Assembly: GCA_945870505.1 (NCBI GenBank) | Contig: CAMBSN010000002.1 | Coordinates: 10,366-74,365 of the forward strand | DNA from: Candidatus Kuenenia stuttgartensis | Lineage (GTDB): Bacteria; Planctomycetota; Planctomycetia; Pirellulales; UBA1268 | Length of the DNA stretch: 64,000 nt | Direction of reading: 5' to 3' | In this document: piece by piece, positions 9,831-18,767 of the stretch | Numbering within the stretch: the first letter of the stretch is position 1 | Layout: every line of letters starts with the position of its first letter | Translations under genes and position numbers: made by a program | The notes under the pieces: generated by a model | Told to the model about the DNA's origin: nothing | Database searches by the model: none | The model's input: the letters and a program-made list of their open reading frames with translations, nothing else

Positions 9831-10723
9831 TTGAAACCGACGGCCTTACGAAGCGGTTCGGCCTCCGGACCGTGCTTGATCGCGTCACCCTGCGGGTGCC
9901 ACACGGGCAGGTGATCGGCCTTCTCGGCCTCAACGGCTCCGGAAAAAGCACGCTCATCAAGTGCCTGCTCGGGCTCCTTCGGCCCGACGCTGGCCGAGCT
10001 GCCCTGCTCGGCACCGGTTCGTGGCAGTTGGCCGCGCGGGAGAAGTCCCTGATCGGCTACGTGCCGCAGGAGTCGATGCTCTATCCCTGGCTGACGGTGC
10101 GGCAGACGGTGGCCTACGTGTCGAGCTTCTATCCCTCGTGGGATCGGGCATGGGGCGACGAGCTCGTACGGCGCTGGGATCTTTCGCCCGGCCACCGCGT
10201 CGGGCCGCTCTCAGTCGGCCAAAAGCAGAAGCTCGCCCTCGTGCTGGCCCTCGGCCACCGTCCGGAGGTGCTGATCCTCGACGAGCCGGTGGCCAGCCTT
10301 GATCCCGTGGCCCGGCGATGGTTTCTGGAGACCGTGCTCGAGACCGTTGCGGACGGCGTGGGCACCGTGCTCTTCTCCACCCACATCACCTCCGACTTGG
10401 AGCGCATCGCCTCGCACGTGGCGCTCCTCCGCGACGGCCGGCTCGAGTTTCACGACGAGATCGACGCTCTCAAGGACCGGATCAAGCGGCTGCGGATCAC
10501 GGCCCCGGTGGATCTGCCCCGCGACCTCCGCCTGCCGGGCACGCTACGGTCGGTCGTGAGCGGCAGCCAGGCGATTGTGACGCTCGACGAGGTCAGCGAG
10601 CCGCTCATCGCCGGCATCCGGGAACGGCTCTCGGCCGACGTGGTGGTGGACGATTTGAACCTCGAGGAGATTTTTCTTGAGCTTCACGACGCCGAGTCGG
10701 CCGCAGCCGCCGTTGGGAGGTGA
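9809..10723 (+). CDS. ABC transporter ATP-binding protein
   Basis: Contains Walker A GLNGSGKST, signature LSVGQKQK and Walker B LILDEP. It overlaps the 3' end of the GntR gene. Confidence 0.9.
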   Translation: MHDSPFVIETDGLTKRFGLRTVLDRVTLRVPHGQVIGLLGLNGSGKSTLIKCLLGLLRPDAGRAALLGTGSWQLAAREKSLIGYVPQESMLYPWLTVRQTVAYVSSFYPSWDRAWGDELVRRWDLSPGHRVGPLSVGQKQKLALVLALGHRPEVLILDEPVASLDPVARRWFLETVLETVADGVGTVLFSTHITSDLERIASHVALLRDGRLEFHDEIDALKDRIKRLRITAPVDLPRDLRLPGTLRSVVSGSQAIVTLDEVSEPLIAGIRERLSADVVVDDLNLEEIFLELHDAESAAAAVGR

Positions 10724-10728
10724 TCGAG

Positions 10729-11865
10729 ATGGCATCGTGTCGCCGCCTCGCGCTCGTGCTCCTGGCCATGCTCGCGCGGCCATGGATCTGGCTCATGCTT
10801 GCGGTCTGGGTTCTGTGGCCGGTCCTCTCACTACTGTCACTGCTGTTGAACGTGATGACCCCGTCGGCCACGCTGACGCCCGTCGCCATCGTGTCCGGCC
10901 CCACGGTGCCGCCCAATGGCGGGGCCGACGTCCGCGAGGACCGGCTGGCGACGATCACAGACTGGCATGCGCTGTGGGCTCGCGTGTTCGTGGCGGCTCC
11001 GGGCGGAGGATATACGCTCGTCGAGGCGGACAGGGATCGCAGCGAACGACTTGGCGACTGGGACATCCTCGACCGACTCCCGGCGCTCGAGCGGCTCTGG
11101 ATGACCGCCCCCGACGTGCTTTCGGAAACGGGCTGGCGGCGGATCGGCGACCGCGCAAGGCTCGAACTCCTGTCGCTGCAGAACGTCGGCACCTGCTACG
11201 CCGTGGGCGACGATGGCTTTGCCCGTGACGGCCGCGAGGCGCTCTCACGGCTGACCCGCCTCCAGCACCTCGAACTCCGTGGCACTGGCCTCGACGCAGG
11301 CATGCTCCTGCCGCCGCTGCCCGCGCTCGAAGCCTGCGGCATCGGCTGGAGACACCTCGAGGAGAATCTGACAACGCTCGCCGCGGGCTCGCCCCGGCTG
11401 CACTCGCTCGCGCTGGAGACCTTTCCAGAGTTTCAGTTCACGCCCGGCATGCTCGCTGCCCTCCGGCAGATGCCGGCACTTCGCACGGTCTTCATCGCCG
11501 CGGCGGTTCAGCCCGAAGAGGAGCCGGCGATGGCCCGCCAGGTCGCCGAACTTGGGCGGGCGGTGCCGAAGGTCCGCGTCCGACCGGGCAGCTACTCCAC
11601 GAAGCGGGTGCGGGCCGTGGGCTCTGCCACCTTCGCCCTCGCCGGCATCTGCTGGGTGTTGTGGTTTCAGGCGGCGACGCTGCTCTCCACGCCGCTGGCG
11701 TGGATGCTGCCCCGCCGGTTTCCGCCGCACGCGGTCTGGCCAACGGCCGTGGCAGCGGCTGGCAGCGCCGCGTTTTTTATCCTCTGCCAGAGCTTCGGCG
11801 TCGCCTGGCTGCCCGCGCTGGGGCTGGCCCTGTTTGCCGTCGGCGTTGGGATGTTATGGGCCGGT
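10729..11865 (+). CDS. Membrane protein with a leucine-rich-repeat-like domain, N-terminal part (the reading frame appears to break near 11.86 kb)
   Basis: A GGGAGG Shine-Dalgarno sits 8 nt upstream of ATG 10729. The product has an N-terminal TM helix and an LRR-like segment (LTRLQHLELRGTGL..., SPRLHSLALETF..., MPALRTVFI), followed by TM helices. After about 11865 this frame becomes Arg-rich nonsense while the +1 frame continues as a plausible TM protein. Confidence 0.55.
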
Positions 11866-11875
11866 CTTCGACGAC

Positions 11876-12928
11876 ATGCCCGGATGGCCCGCTCGGCTCA
11901 CGTGGCTGGCGATCGGCGCCGACTACGCCGGCGGCCTGCTGATTGGTGGCACGTTCATGGGAGCGCGGGCTACGGCCGACCGCTGGTTGATGGGGTACGA
12001 ACCGGCGGCAGCCGTTGCCCTCGTCGTCGCGGCGGCCGCCGCGCTCGGCTGGAAGATCGCTCGGGTCGCACGGCTACCGCGGATCCTGGCGGAAGGGGGT
12101 CGGGAGGCCGCGGTCGTGTTGAGCACGGGCGGCGGCCAGCCTGTGTCGCCGACAGGCCATGCCGACCGGAGGTGGTGGATGCACGATGTGCCGATCGACA
12201 GGCAACTGACTCGTCCGCTGCCGACAGCGACCTCCGCTGCGGCCGGGTTCGCCGACATGCTCCGGCGGCCGCAGTCGCGGCTGACGGCTCAGCTGAACGT
12301 CGCGGTCGCGATCGTCCCTGGCATGCTGGGTGGGTTGGCCGCGATCAGCTCTGAAAGCAGCCAGTCGCTGATGGTGCTCGTGGAACGGGTTCCGCAATTG
12401 CTCACCGGGTTTGCCGGGATATCGGCCGCCGCTGCGGTCTCGCAGACGGCTGGAATGTGGTGGCAGCGTCGAAACAGTCTCATGCTCGACTTCCTCCGGC
12501 CGGTGTCGCGACGCGACTACTGGCTGGGCCTTCGCGCAGCGGTTGCCCGCGACCTCGCCCCGCCGCTGGTGGTTGCGGCTGCCGGTGTGGTGGGCGCGGT
12601 GATGTGGTGGGGCCAGGGACGGATGCTCCCCTGGCTCGTGTCGGGGCTGGGGTTCGTGGGCGTGGTTGCGGTGGCCCATGCGATGGTGCTGCTCATCGCC
12701 ATTGGCCGCCGACCGCTCGTCACGGCGACGATCGCCATCGTTGTTCTCGTCGTGGCTGCCTTTGGGCTTCTCGCGACGGTCTTCGAGTCGATTTCGTACG
12801 GTTGGTATGGCGAGCCGCTCCCCTTCCCGTGGTGGCGGGCCATCGCGGGGGCCGCCGTTCTCCTTGCCGCCGGCCTCGCGATTCGCGCCGCCGTGCTCTG
12901 GCGGCTCGAGGATCGCGAAATCGCCTGA
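11876..12928 (+). CDS. Polytopic membrane protein, either the C-terminal part of the gene above or a separate gene (first in-frame ATG is given)
   Basis: Frame of ORF 11552..12928. It contains hydrophobic helices (LTWLAIGADYAGGLLIGG, VVGAVMWWG, LVSGLGFVGVVAVAHAMVLLIAIG, IAIVVLVVAAFGLLATV). It lies downstream of the ABC ATPase, as expected for a permease-like partner. Confidence 0.55.
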   Translation: MPGWPARLTWLAIGADYAGGLLIGGTFMGARATADRWLMGYEPAAAVALVVAAAAALGWKIARVARLPRILAEGGREAAVVLSTGGGQPVSPTGHADRRWWMHDVPIDRQLTRPLPTATSAAAGFADMLRRPQSRLTAQLNVAVAIVPGMLGGLAAISSESSQSLMVLVERVPQLLTGFAGISAAAAVSQTAGMWWQRRNSLMLDFLRPVSRRDYWLGLRAAVARDLAPPLVVAAAGVVGAVMWWGQGRMLPWLVSGLGFVGVVAVAHAMVLLIAIGRRPLVTATIAIVVLVVAAFGLLATVFESISYGWYGEPLPFPWWRAIAGAAVLLAAGLAIRAAVLWRLEDREIA

Positions 12929-13009
12929 TTGTTCAGAACGACGTAGGCGGTTACAGCCCTCACGTCATCGAGCGGTGGTCCTTCTCTTGCCTGCCACACC
13001 CAGTCGGAC

Positions 13010-13027
13010 TAAACTAAGTCTAGTTTA
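13010..13027 (+). promoter_or_regulatory. Candidate operator palindrome upstream of the Phd/VapC cassette
   Basis: TAAACTA-AGTC-TAGTTTA is a perfect 7-bp inverted repeat in an AT-rich patch 55 nt upstream of the antitoxin ATG. Confidence 0.4.
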
Positions 13028-13081
13028 TGTCGAGCTTGTTTGGATGCGAGAACGTGGGTCGCAGCCCCACGAGGTATCTCC

Positions 13082-13324
13082 ATGGCCACCGTGATCAACA
13101 TCCATCAGGCGAAGACCCACCTCTCGAGGATCGTCGATGAAGCGGCGGCCGGCCGGGAAGTGATCATCGCCAAGGCAGGCCGCAAGGTGGCGAGGCTGGT
13201 GCCGATTGACTCGAAGCCACGACCCAAGCGGTTTGGCGGGCTCAAGGGGCGGATCAAAGTGCCGGACGACTTCAACGCACCTCTCGACGCCGCCGTGATC
13301 GCCACCTTCGAGGGCCGATCGTGA
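13082..13324 (+). CDS. Type II antitoxin, Phd/YefM family
   Basis: Contains MATVINIHQAKTHLSRIVDEAAAGREVIIAKAGRKVARLVPI, a typical Phd/YefM N-terminus. It is 80 aa long, and its stop overlaps the toxin start (GTGA). Confidence 0.85.
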   Translation: MATVINIHQAKTHLSRIVDEAAAGREVIIAKAGRKVARLVPIDSKPRPKRFGGLKGRIKVPDDFNAPLDAAVIATFEGRS

Positions 13325-13716
13325 GCAGGATTCTTCTCGACACCCATCTGCTGCTCTGGGCGGTCGCCGAGCCCCGGAAGCTCCCGCCCGGGGCCCGCAG
13401 GCGGATCGAAGAGGCAGACGTCTTCGTCAGTGCGGCATCTCTCTGGGAGGTGAGCATCAAGGCCGCGTTGGGAAAGCTCGCGGCAGATCCCGCCGAACTG
13501 CTGGCGGAGATTGAGCCCGCGGGATTCACGCTGCTGCCGATCACGGGCGAGCACGCCGCGGCCGTCGCCAAACTGCCTGCGGTGCATGCAGACCCGTTCG
13601 ATCGGATGCTCGTGGCCCAGGCAAAGACGGAGCCCCTGCTTCTGTTGACCAACGATGCCGTGCTCGCCGGGTATGGCGACTGCGTGGAACTGGTGGCGGC
13701 GAAGCCGCGACGCTGA
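13321..13716 (+). CDS. vapC: Type II toxin, VapC (PIN domain)
   Basis: The PIN acidic residues are in the expected contexts: LLDTH, SLWEVSIK, HADPFDRMLVAQA and LLTND. GTG start. Confidence 0.85.
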   Translation: MSRILLDTHLLLWAVAEPRKLPPGARRRIEEADVFVSAASLWEVSIKAALGKLAADPAELLAEIEPAGFTLLPITGEHAAAVAKLPAVHADPFDRMLVAQAKTEPLLLLTNDAVLAGYGDCVELVAAKPRR

Positions 13717-13727
13717 ATGTCCGTGGC

Positions 13728-14324
13728 TCACGTTGCCGGGCGGCGGGCCACCGGTGAGACTTCCTCGAGCCGAAACTCCTTACGGCTCAGCGCCTCGTAG
13801 TGATGGCCGATGTCGATCTGCGCCCCCTCCGTGACCTGATTGCCGTGCTCGTCGAGGCGGGCATTCATCGTGGCCTTCTTGCCGCTGCGGCAGATGGTCT
13901 TGATCTCGATGAGGTTGTCGGCCCAGGCCAGCAGGTACTTGCTGCCCTCAAACGGCTCGCCCTGGAAGTCGGTCCGGATCCCGTAGCAGAGCACCGGCAC
14001 CGAGAGCTGGTCGCAGACCCGTGTCAGCTGCAGCACCTGCAGCGGCGTGAGGAACTGCGACTCGTCGATGAGTACGCAGTGCACCGGGCCATCGGCCTGC
14101 GAGTGCTTGACCGCGTCATAGAAGTCGTACGACGCGTCGAACGCGATCGCCTGGGCGGTGAGGCCGATGCGGGAGTGGATGAGGTGCGCGCCGCTGCGGC
14201 TGTCGATGGCTGGTGTGTAGAGCAGGGTCCGCATGCCCCGCTCTTCGTAGTTGTGGGCCGACTGGAGCAGCGTCGTGCTCTTGCCCGCGTTCATCGCCGA
14301 GTAGTAGAAATAAAGTTGGGCCAT
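13728..14324 (-). CDS. tdk: Thymidine kinase
   Basis: Contains [30 protein letters not shown] (P-loop), VLIDESQF, and the C-terminal zinc-ribbon region C..C / ...GHHYEALS. Confidence 0.95.
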   Translation of the reverse strand: MAQLYFYYSAMNAGKSTTLLQSAHNYEERGMRTLLYTPAIDSRSGAHLIHSRIGLTAQAIAFDASYDFYDAVKHSQADGPVHCVLIDESQFLTPLQVLQLTRVCDQLSVPVLCYGIRTDFQGEPFEGSKYLLAWADNLIEIKTICRSGKKATMNARLDEHGNQVTEGAQIDIGHHYEALSRKEFRLEEVSPVARRPAT

Positions 14325-14337
14325 GATCTCTCCAGTG

Positions 14338-15108
14338 TCAGCGCTTGCCCCTCGGGCGCACAGCCCCGCGGCTTCGTCGCCTGGCGGAAGCGCTCCGCGG
14401 CAGGTCGATCCCGTGGGCGAGTAGCTGCCGCTCTACCTGCTCGACCCAGCCACGATTGGCGGCAGGGCTTGCCGGGCTGGGATGCAGAATGCTCATGATC
14501 GGCGGGCCGTCGTCACCGAGCGCTTCCCGGGCCCGAGCCGCGGCGAAGCTGCCCACGCCGATCACCCGCTTCGGCTGGCACCACGTCACGAGCCGTCGCA
14601 GGGCCTCGTCGCAGAGTTCAAAGAGCGGCTCTCGCTCCGCGGCGAAGAGCTTGTCGGGCGTGCGGTTCCGCCCCGACGCTTCCATGAACACGAGCGGGCA
14701 GTAGTTCGCGACCAGAAAGCGTTTGCTGAAGGTATCTGCCGAACCAAACCGATCCTGCACCCAGCCCCACACCCGGCGGCCACTCACCTCGCTCCGCGTG
14801 CAGGCAAAGCCCTCGATCGGCCGCTTCGGATGCACGCTCTTCGGCTGGTCCACCTTTGCCTCGATCCCCAAGAACTCGCGGACGAACCCGACCTCGCCAA
14901 AGGGCACGCCCGTCTGGGCCATGCCCAACGGCCCCGGGTTCATTCCCAAGAGGACCGCATCGACCCCCTGCCGCGCATACCGCTCGAGATAGGCCTCGTG
15001 GCTCCGCCGTGCGTAGATGAGCGGGTTGTAGGTGCACGCCGTGGGCGACCGAAACACGAGGGCATCCGTCTCTCGCGCGAGCCAGCGTGCGATGGCGATG
15101 GGGTTCAT
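14338..15108 (-). CDS. Uracil-DNA glycosylase, family 3 (SMUG1-like)
   Basis: [17 protein letters not shown] and HPSPASP match the two SMUG1-family active-site motifs. The start was chosen at MNPIAIARW. Confidence 0.85.
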   Translation of the reverse strand: MNPIAIARWLARETDALVFRSPTACTYNPLIYARRSHEAYLERYARQGVDAVLLGMNPGPLGMAQTGVPFGEVGFVREFLGIEAKVDQPKSVHPKRPIEGFACTRSEVSGRRVWGWVQDRFGSADTFSKRFLVANYCPLVFMEASGRNRTPDKLFAAEREPLFELCDEALRRLVTWCQPKRVIGVGSFAAARAREALGDDGPPIMSILHPSPASPAANRGWVEQVERQLLAHGIDLPRSASARRRSRGAVRPRGKR

Positions 15109-15245
15109 GAAACGGCCACGGCACAAGAGTCCGGACGGGATGCGTGCGGGATCGTACGGTATCTGCCCGGCGAGACTCCTGCGAGCCTCCTGCCGCAGTC
15201 CCCGGAATCAGGCCGACCAATCGGGTCGGCGTTTCCGCCGCGTGG

Positions 15246-18200
15246 ATGCGGCTGAAACGCTGCGGTAAGATAAGGTCGATCGGCGCTGGGCCGAACGCCG
15301 CTGGAGTCGTCGGTTTGACCGCGCCCCAATCGCCTGTGCCGAAGCCCGCCCGCCCGCGCGACGGCTGGATCACGCTGCCGGTCGACCTCGTGGGCCGACT
15401 GACGGCGTTTCGTGGCCGTGTCCGCCGGATCAAGTTCTTCGAGGCGGCCTGCGCGGCCTGCGGCGGCGTGGCCCTCGCGTTCCTGGCGATCTTCCTCTGC
15501 GACCGCCTCGGTGAGACGCCTGTCCTCGTTCGCACCGCGATCTTCGCAGCCGCACTGGCCGCCTGCGTGGCGGTGCCGCTGGCGATCGTCCGCTGGGGCT
15601 ACGGGCTTGGGTCGCTGGAGCAGGTGGCGCGGCTGATCGAGCGGCGGTTTCCAGCGGTGGGCGACGAACTGCTCGGCATCATCGATATCGTTCGCACCGG
15701 TGCCACAGGGCAGTCGAAGTCGCGGGCCTTGTGCGAGGCCGCCGTAACGCAGGTGGCCGAGCAGTCGCGGCGGGTCGACTTTCGCGACGCGACGCCCCCT
15801 GCGCGGCTCGTTGCCTGGGCGGTGGCTGCCGGCCTGCCGTTCGCCGCATGTGCCGGAATCGCCGCGGTGGCGCCCGACGCAGCCGCCAACGCCTGGGCCC
15901 GACTCGCCGCGCCGTTTGCGGCGATCGAGAGGTTCACCTTCGCCCGCGTCGCCTCGCTTCCGGAGCGGGTCGTGGTGCCGCATGGCGAGTCTGCCGAGGT
16001 GCGCGTGGCGCTCCGCGACGATACCCGCTGGCGGCCGGACGACGCGGCCTTGTGGATCGGACGACAGCCCCGGCTCTCGGCGCGGCGCGACGGAGACCAC
16101 TATGTGTTCACGCTGCCGCCACAGGTTTCCGACGGTCTGCTCACCGTAGCGGCCGGCGATGCCCGACAGCGAGTGTCGCTCGCGGCCGTGCACCGGCCGG
16201 AACTCGCCGGCATCGAGGCCGAGGTGGTGCTGCCCGAGTATCTCCAGCGACCGGGCAGCCGCCGGCAGGACATCCGCGGCGGAATGATCTCGCCGGTGAA
16301 GGGAAGCAGTGTGTCGGTCGTCGCCACCGTCACCCGCGACCTCGCCGAGGCGACGGTCGATGGCGAGGAGGTGCGGCCCACCGGCAGGGAAATTCACACG
16401 CCACCCCGGGTCGTCGATGGCGAGGCGAAGGTCTCGCTCTCGTGGCGGGATGTCGACGGTCTCGAGGCGGCCGCGCCGCTCGAACTCCTGATCGCCGCGC
16501 GGGCCGACGAACCGCCGATGGTGGTGATGCTCGATGTGCCACAGACGCGAGGCATCCTTCTCGAGACCGACACGCTGAAGTTCAAGGTCGCAGCCCGCGA
16601 CGACTTCGGCATTCGTCGTGTGGGCCTCGAATGGGAGGGGCTCGCCGACGCCTTTGCGTCGGCCGGATCCGCGGGCGACGCCGCGGCGTTGGAAAAAGGC
16701 GAGCGGATCCTGCAGGCGGGTGGCGGCGACGTGGAGTCGCTCGATGCCGCGGCGACGTTCTGCCCCGACGCCCTCGGGATTCGACCTCAGCCGATCGCGA
16801 TCCGGGCCTTCGCCGAGGATTACATGCCCGGCCGCGGTCGCGCGGTGTCGTCACCGCTGGTGCTCTACGTTGTCGATCGCGCGGAGCATGCACTCGTGCT
16901 CAACACGAGGCTTCAGCAGTTCCGCCAGCAGGCGAGCGAGGTTCGCGACCGCGAGATGGGCCTGCTCGCCACCAACAAAGAACTGCGAAAGCTGCCCGCC
17001 GAGCAACTGCTCTCGCCCGAGAGCCGGGGCCGGCTCGAGGCACAGGCTGCGGCCGAGGAGGCCAATGCCCGCCGGCTCGAACGGCTCGTTGACGAAGGGG
17101 CCGAACTCGTTCGCGAGGCGCTCAAGAATCCCGAGTTCGAGGCGAACACGCTCGAGCAACTCGCCGAAGATATTCAGACGCTCGCCGATATCGCCGAGAG
17201 CCGGATGCCCGGCGTGGCCGACCTCCTCGCGCAGGCGGCAAGTGCGCGGCGTGGCGGCGACAAGCCACAGGCCGCCGATCCTCAGCCCGCCGATCCTCAG
17301 CCCGCCGAGGGGAAGCCGTCGCCGGGCGAGCAGAAGCCGAGCGAAGGCAAGCCGGACGAGCAGGCGTCGTCGCAGCAGCAGCCCGGCGGCGAGTCGCCAC
17401 GGGTTGGCGAGCAGCGGGAGCAGCCAGGCGGCGGAGCGGCCGACGGGAGTGAGGATGCCCCGCAGGAAAAACCGCCGATTCCGCAGGTCGTGGACACCGA
17501 GTCGTCGCAGCAGCCGAAGGGCGATGAGCAGGGCGAAGGGAAACCCGGCGGGTCGGGCCGGTTTGGCCTCCCCTCGACGCAGGCCGGCGTGGCGCCCCCC
17601 AAGGAACCCGAAGCGCAGGAGGAGCTTGCGGCCGACGAGGCGCTCGACGAGGCGATCGCGAAGCAGGAAGAACTGCTCGCGGAGTTTGCGAAGGTGGCCG
17701 ACGAACTCACGGCGGTGATGGCGCGGCTCGAGGGGAGCACGTTCGTGAAGCGACTCAAGCTTGCCTCGCGGGAGCAGGGGGAGATCGGCAGCCGGATCGC
17801 GGCGATGGCAGCTGAGGCATTCGGTAAGGCCGATGGGCAGCCCGCGCCGGTGAAGCGGGCGCTCGGCGACGTCCGCGATCAGTCACTGCGGGAGACCGAT
17901 AGGATGTCGGCCCTGATGGACGACCTGCAGGCCTACTTCGACCGTCGGCAGCTGCCCGCCTTCCGCACGGTGCTTGAGGAGATGAAGGAACTCGACACGC
18001 TCGGCAGCCTCCGCCAGCTCTCCGATGACGTCATCAAGGAGGCGGGCATGTCGATCGCGCAGGCGGAGTTTTGGTCCGACACCTTCGATCGGCTCGCCGA
18101 CGACCTCGTGCCGCCATCGCAGGGTGAGGGGAGCGGCGAGGCGGGCGGACCGCCGCGGGAGAGCGTGCCGCCGGAGGTGGTGCTCGAGGCGATGAAGATC

Positions 18201-18767
18201 CTCGAGGAAGAGGTCAACCTTCGCGAGGAGACCCGCGTGGCCCAGCAGGCAAAGAACGCGGTGGCTGCAGACGAGTATGCGGCCCAGGCGGAGAACCTCG
18301 CCGACCGCCAAGACGCGCTGGCCGACCGGGTCGTCGATCTCGTCGATCGGCTCCTGGAGCAGCCCGATGGTGAGCAGACGTTCGGCCAGGAGATCCAGCT
18401 CTTTGAGAAGGTTGAGGAGGTGATGGCGGAGGCGACCGACACCCTCGCCACGCCCGACACCGGCCCCAAGGCGATCGGTGCCGAGACGGAGGCGATCGAA
18501 CTGTTGCTCGCCGCCCAGGCGGCGGCCTCGAACGGCGGTGGAGGTGGCGGCGGCGGCGGCGGGGGCGCGGGTGCCACGCCGGGCGGCGGTGGCACCGGCA
18601 CGGCCACCAGCGCCGCGCTCGCGCTCGCCGGCCGCGGCAACCGCAGCGGCCGCGGCGAGGGGGGCGAGAAGGATCAGGCCACCGGCACGAGCGGCCGGGT
18701 GTTGCCCGAGGAGTTTCGCGCTGGCCTCGACGCCTACTTCAACAAGTTCGAGAAGGAGCGAAGGTGA
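15246..18767 (+). CDS. Large (about 1170 aa) membrane-anchored protein with coiled-coil and low-complexity regions, resembling DUF4175-type proteins
   Basis: Two TM helices lie near the N-terminus (GGVALAFLAIFLCD, AIFAAALAACVAVPLAIV). The middle is a long acidic/Pro/Gln-rich disordered stretch (PQAADPQPADPQPAEGKPSPGEQKPSEGKPDEQ...). There is also a run of 11 Gly and a C-terminal LPEEFRAGLDAYFNKFEKE. The start is uncertain (15144 or 15246). The DUF4175 assignment is from memory only. Confidence 0.6.
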   Translation: MRLKRCGKIRSIGAGPNAAGVVGLTAPQSPVPKPARPRDGWITLPVDLVGRLTAFRGRVRRIKFFEAACAACGGVALAFLAIFLCDRLGETPVLVRTAIFAAALAACVAVPLAIVRWGYGLGSLEQVARLIERRFPAVGDELLGIIDIVRTGATGQSKSRALCEAAVTQVAEQSRRVDFRDATPPARLVAWAVAAGLPFAACAGIAAVAPDAAANAWARLAAPFAAIERFTFARVASLPERVVVPHGESAEVRVALRDDTRWRPDDAALWIGRQPRLSARRDGDHYVFTLPPQVSDGLLTVAAGDARQRVSLAAVHRPELAGIEAEVVLPEYLQRPGSRRQDIRGGMISPVKGSSVSVVATVTRDLAEATVDGEEVRPTGREIHTPPRVVDGEAKVSLSWRDVDGLEAAAPLELLIAARADEPPMVVMLDVPQTRGILLETDTLKFKVAARDDFGIRRVGLEWEGLADAFASAGSAGDAAALEKGERILQAGGGDVESLDAAATFCPDALGIRPQPIAIRAFAEDYMPGRGRAVSSPLVLYVVDRAEHALVLNTRLQQFRQQASEVRDREMGLLATNKELRKLPAEQLLSPESRGRLEAQAAAEEANARRLERLVDEGAELVREALKNPEFEANTLEQLAEDIQTLADIAESRMPGVADLLAQAASARRGGDKPQAADPQPADPQPAEGKPSPGEQKPSEGKPDEQASSQQQPGGESPRVGEQREQPGGGAADGSEDAPQEKPPIPQVVDTESSQQPKGDEQGEGKPGGSGRFGLPSTQAGVAPPKEPEAQEELAADEALDEAIAKQEELLAEFAKVADELTAVMARLEGSTFVKRLKLASREQGEIGSRIAAMAAEAFGKADGQPAPVKRALGDVRDQSLRETDRMSALMDDLQAYFDRRQLPAFRTVLEEMKELDTLGSLRQLSDDVIKEAGMSIAQAEFWSDTFDRLADDLVPPSQGEGSGEAGGPPRESVPPEVVLEAMKILEEEVNLREETRVAQQAKNAVAADEYAAQAENLADRQDALADRVVDLVDRLLEQPDGEQTFGQEIQLFEKVEEVMAEATDTLATPDTGPKAIGAETEAIELLLAAQAAASNGGGGGGGGGGGAGATPGGGGTGTATSAALALAGRGNRSGRGEGGEKDQATGTSGRVLPEEFRAGLDAYFNKFEKERR

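Noticed and set aside
11866-12354. Continuation of ORF 10720..12354 beyond about 11865
   Set aside because: The sequence becomes Arg/Gly-rich nonsense (RRHARMARSAHVAGDRRRLRRR...), while the +1 frame encodes convincing TM helices. It is treated as a frame break rather than real coding.
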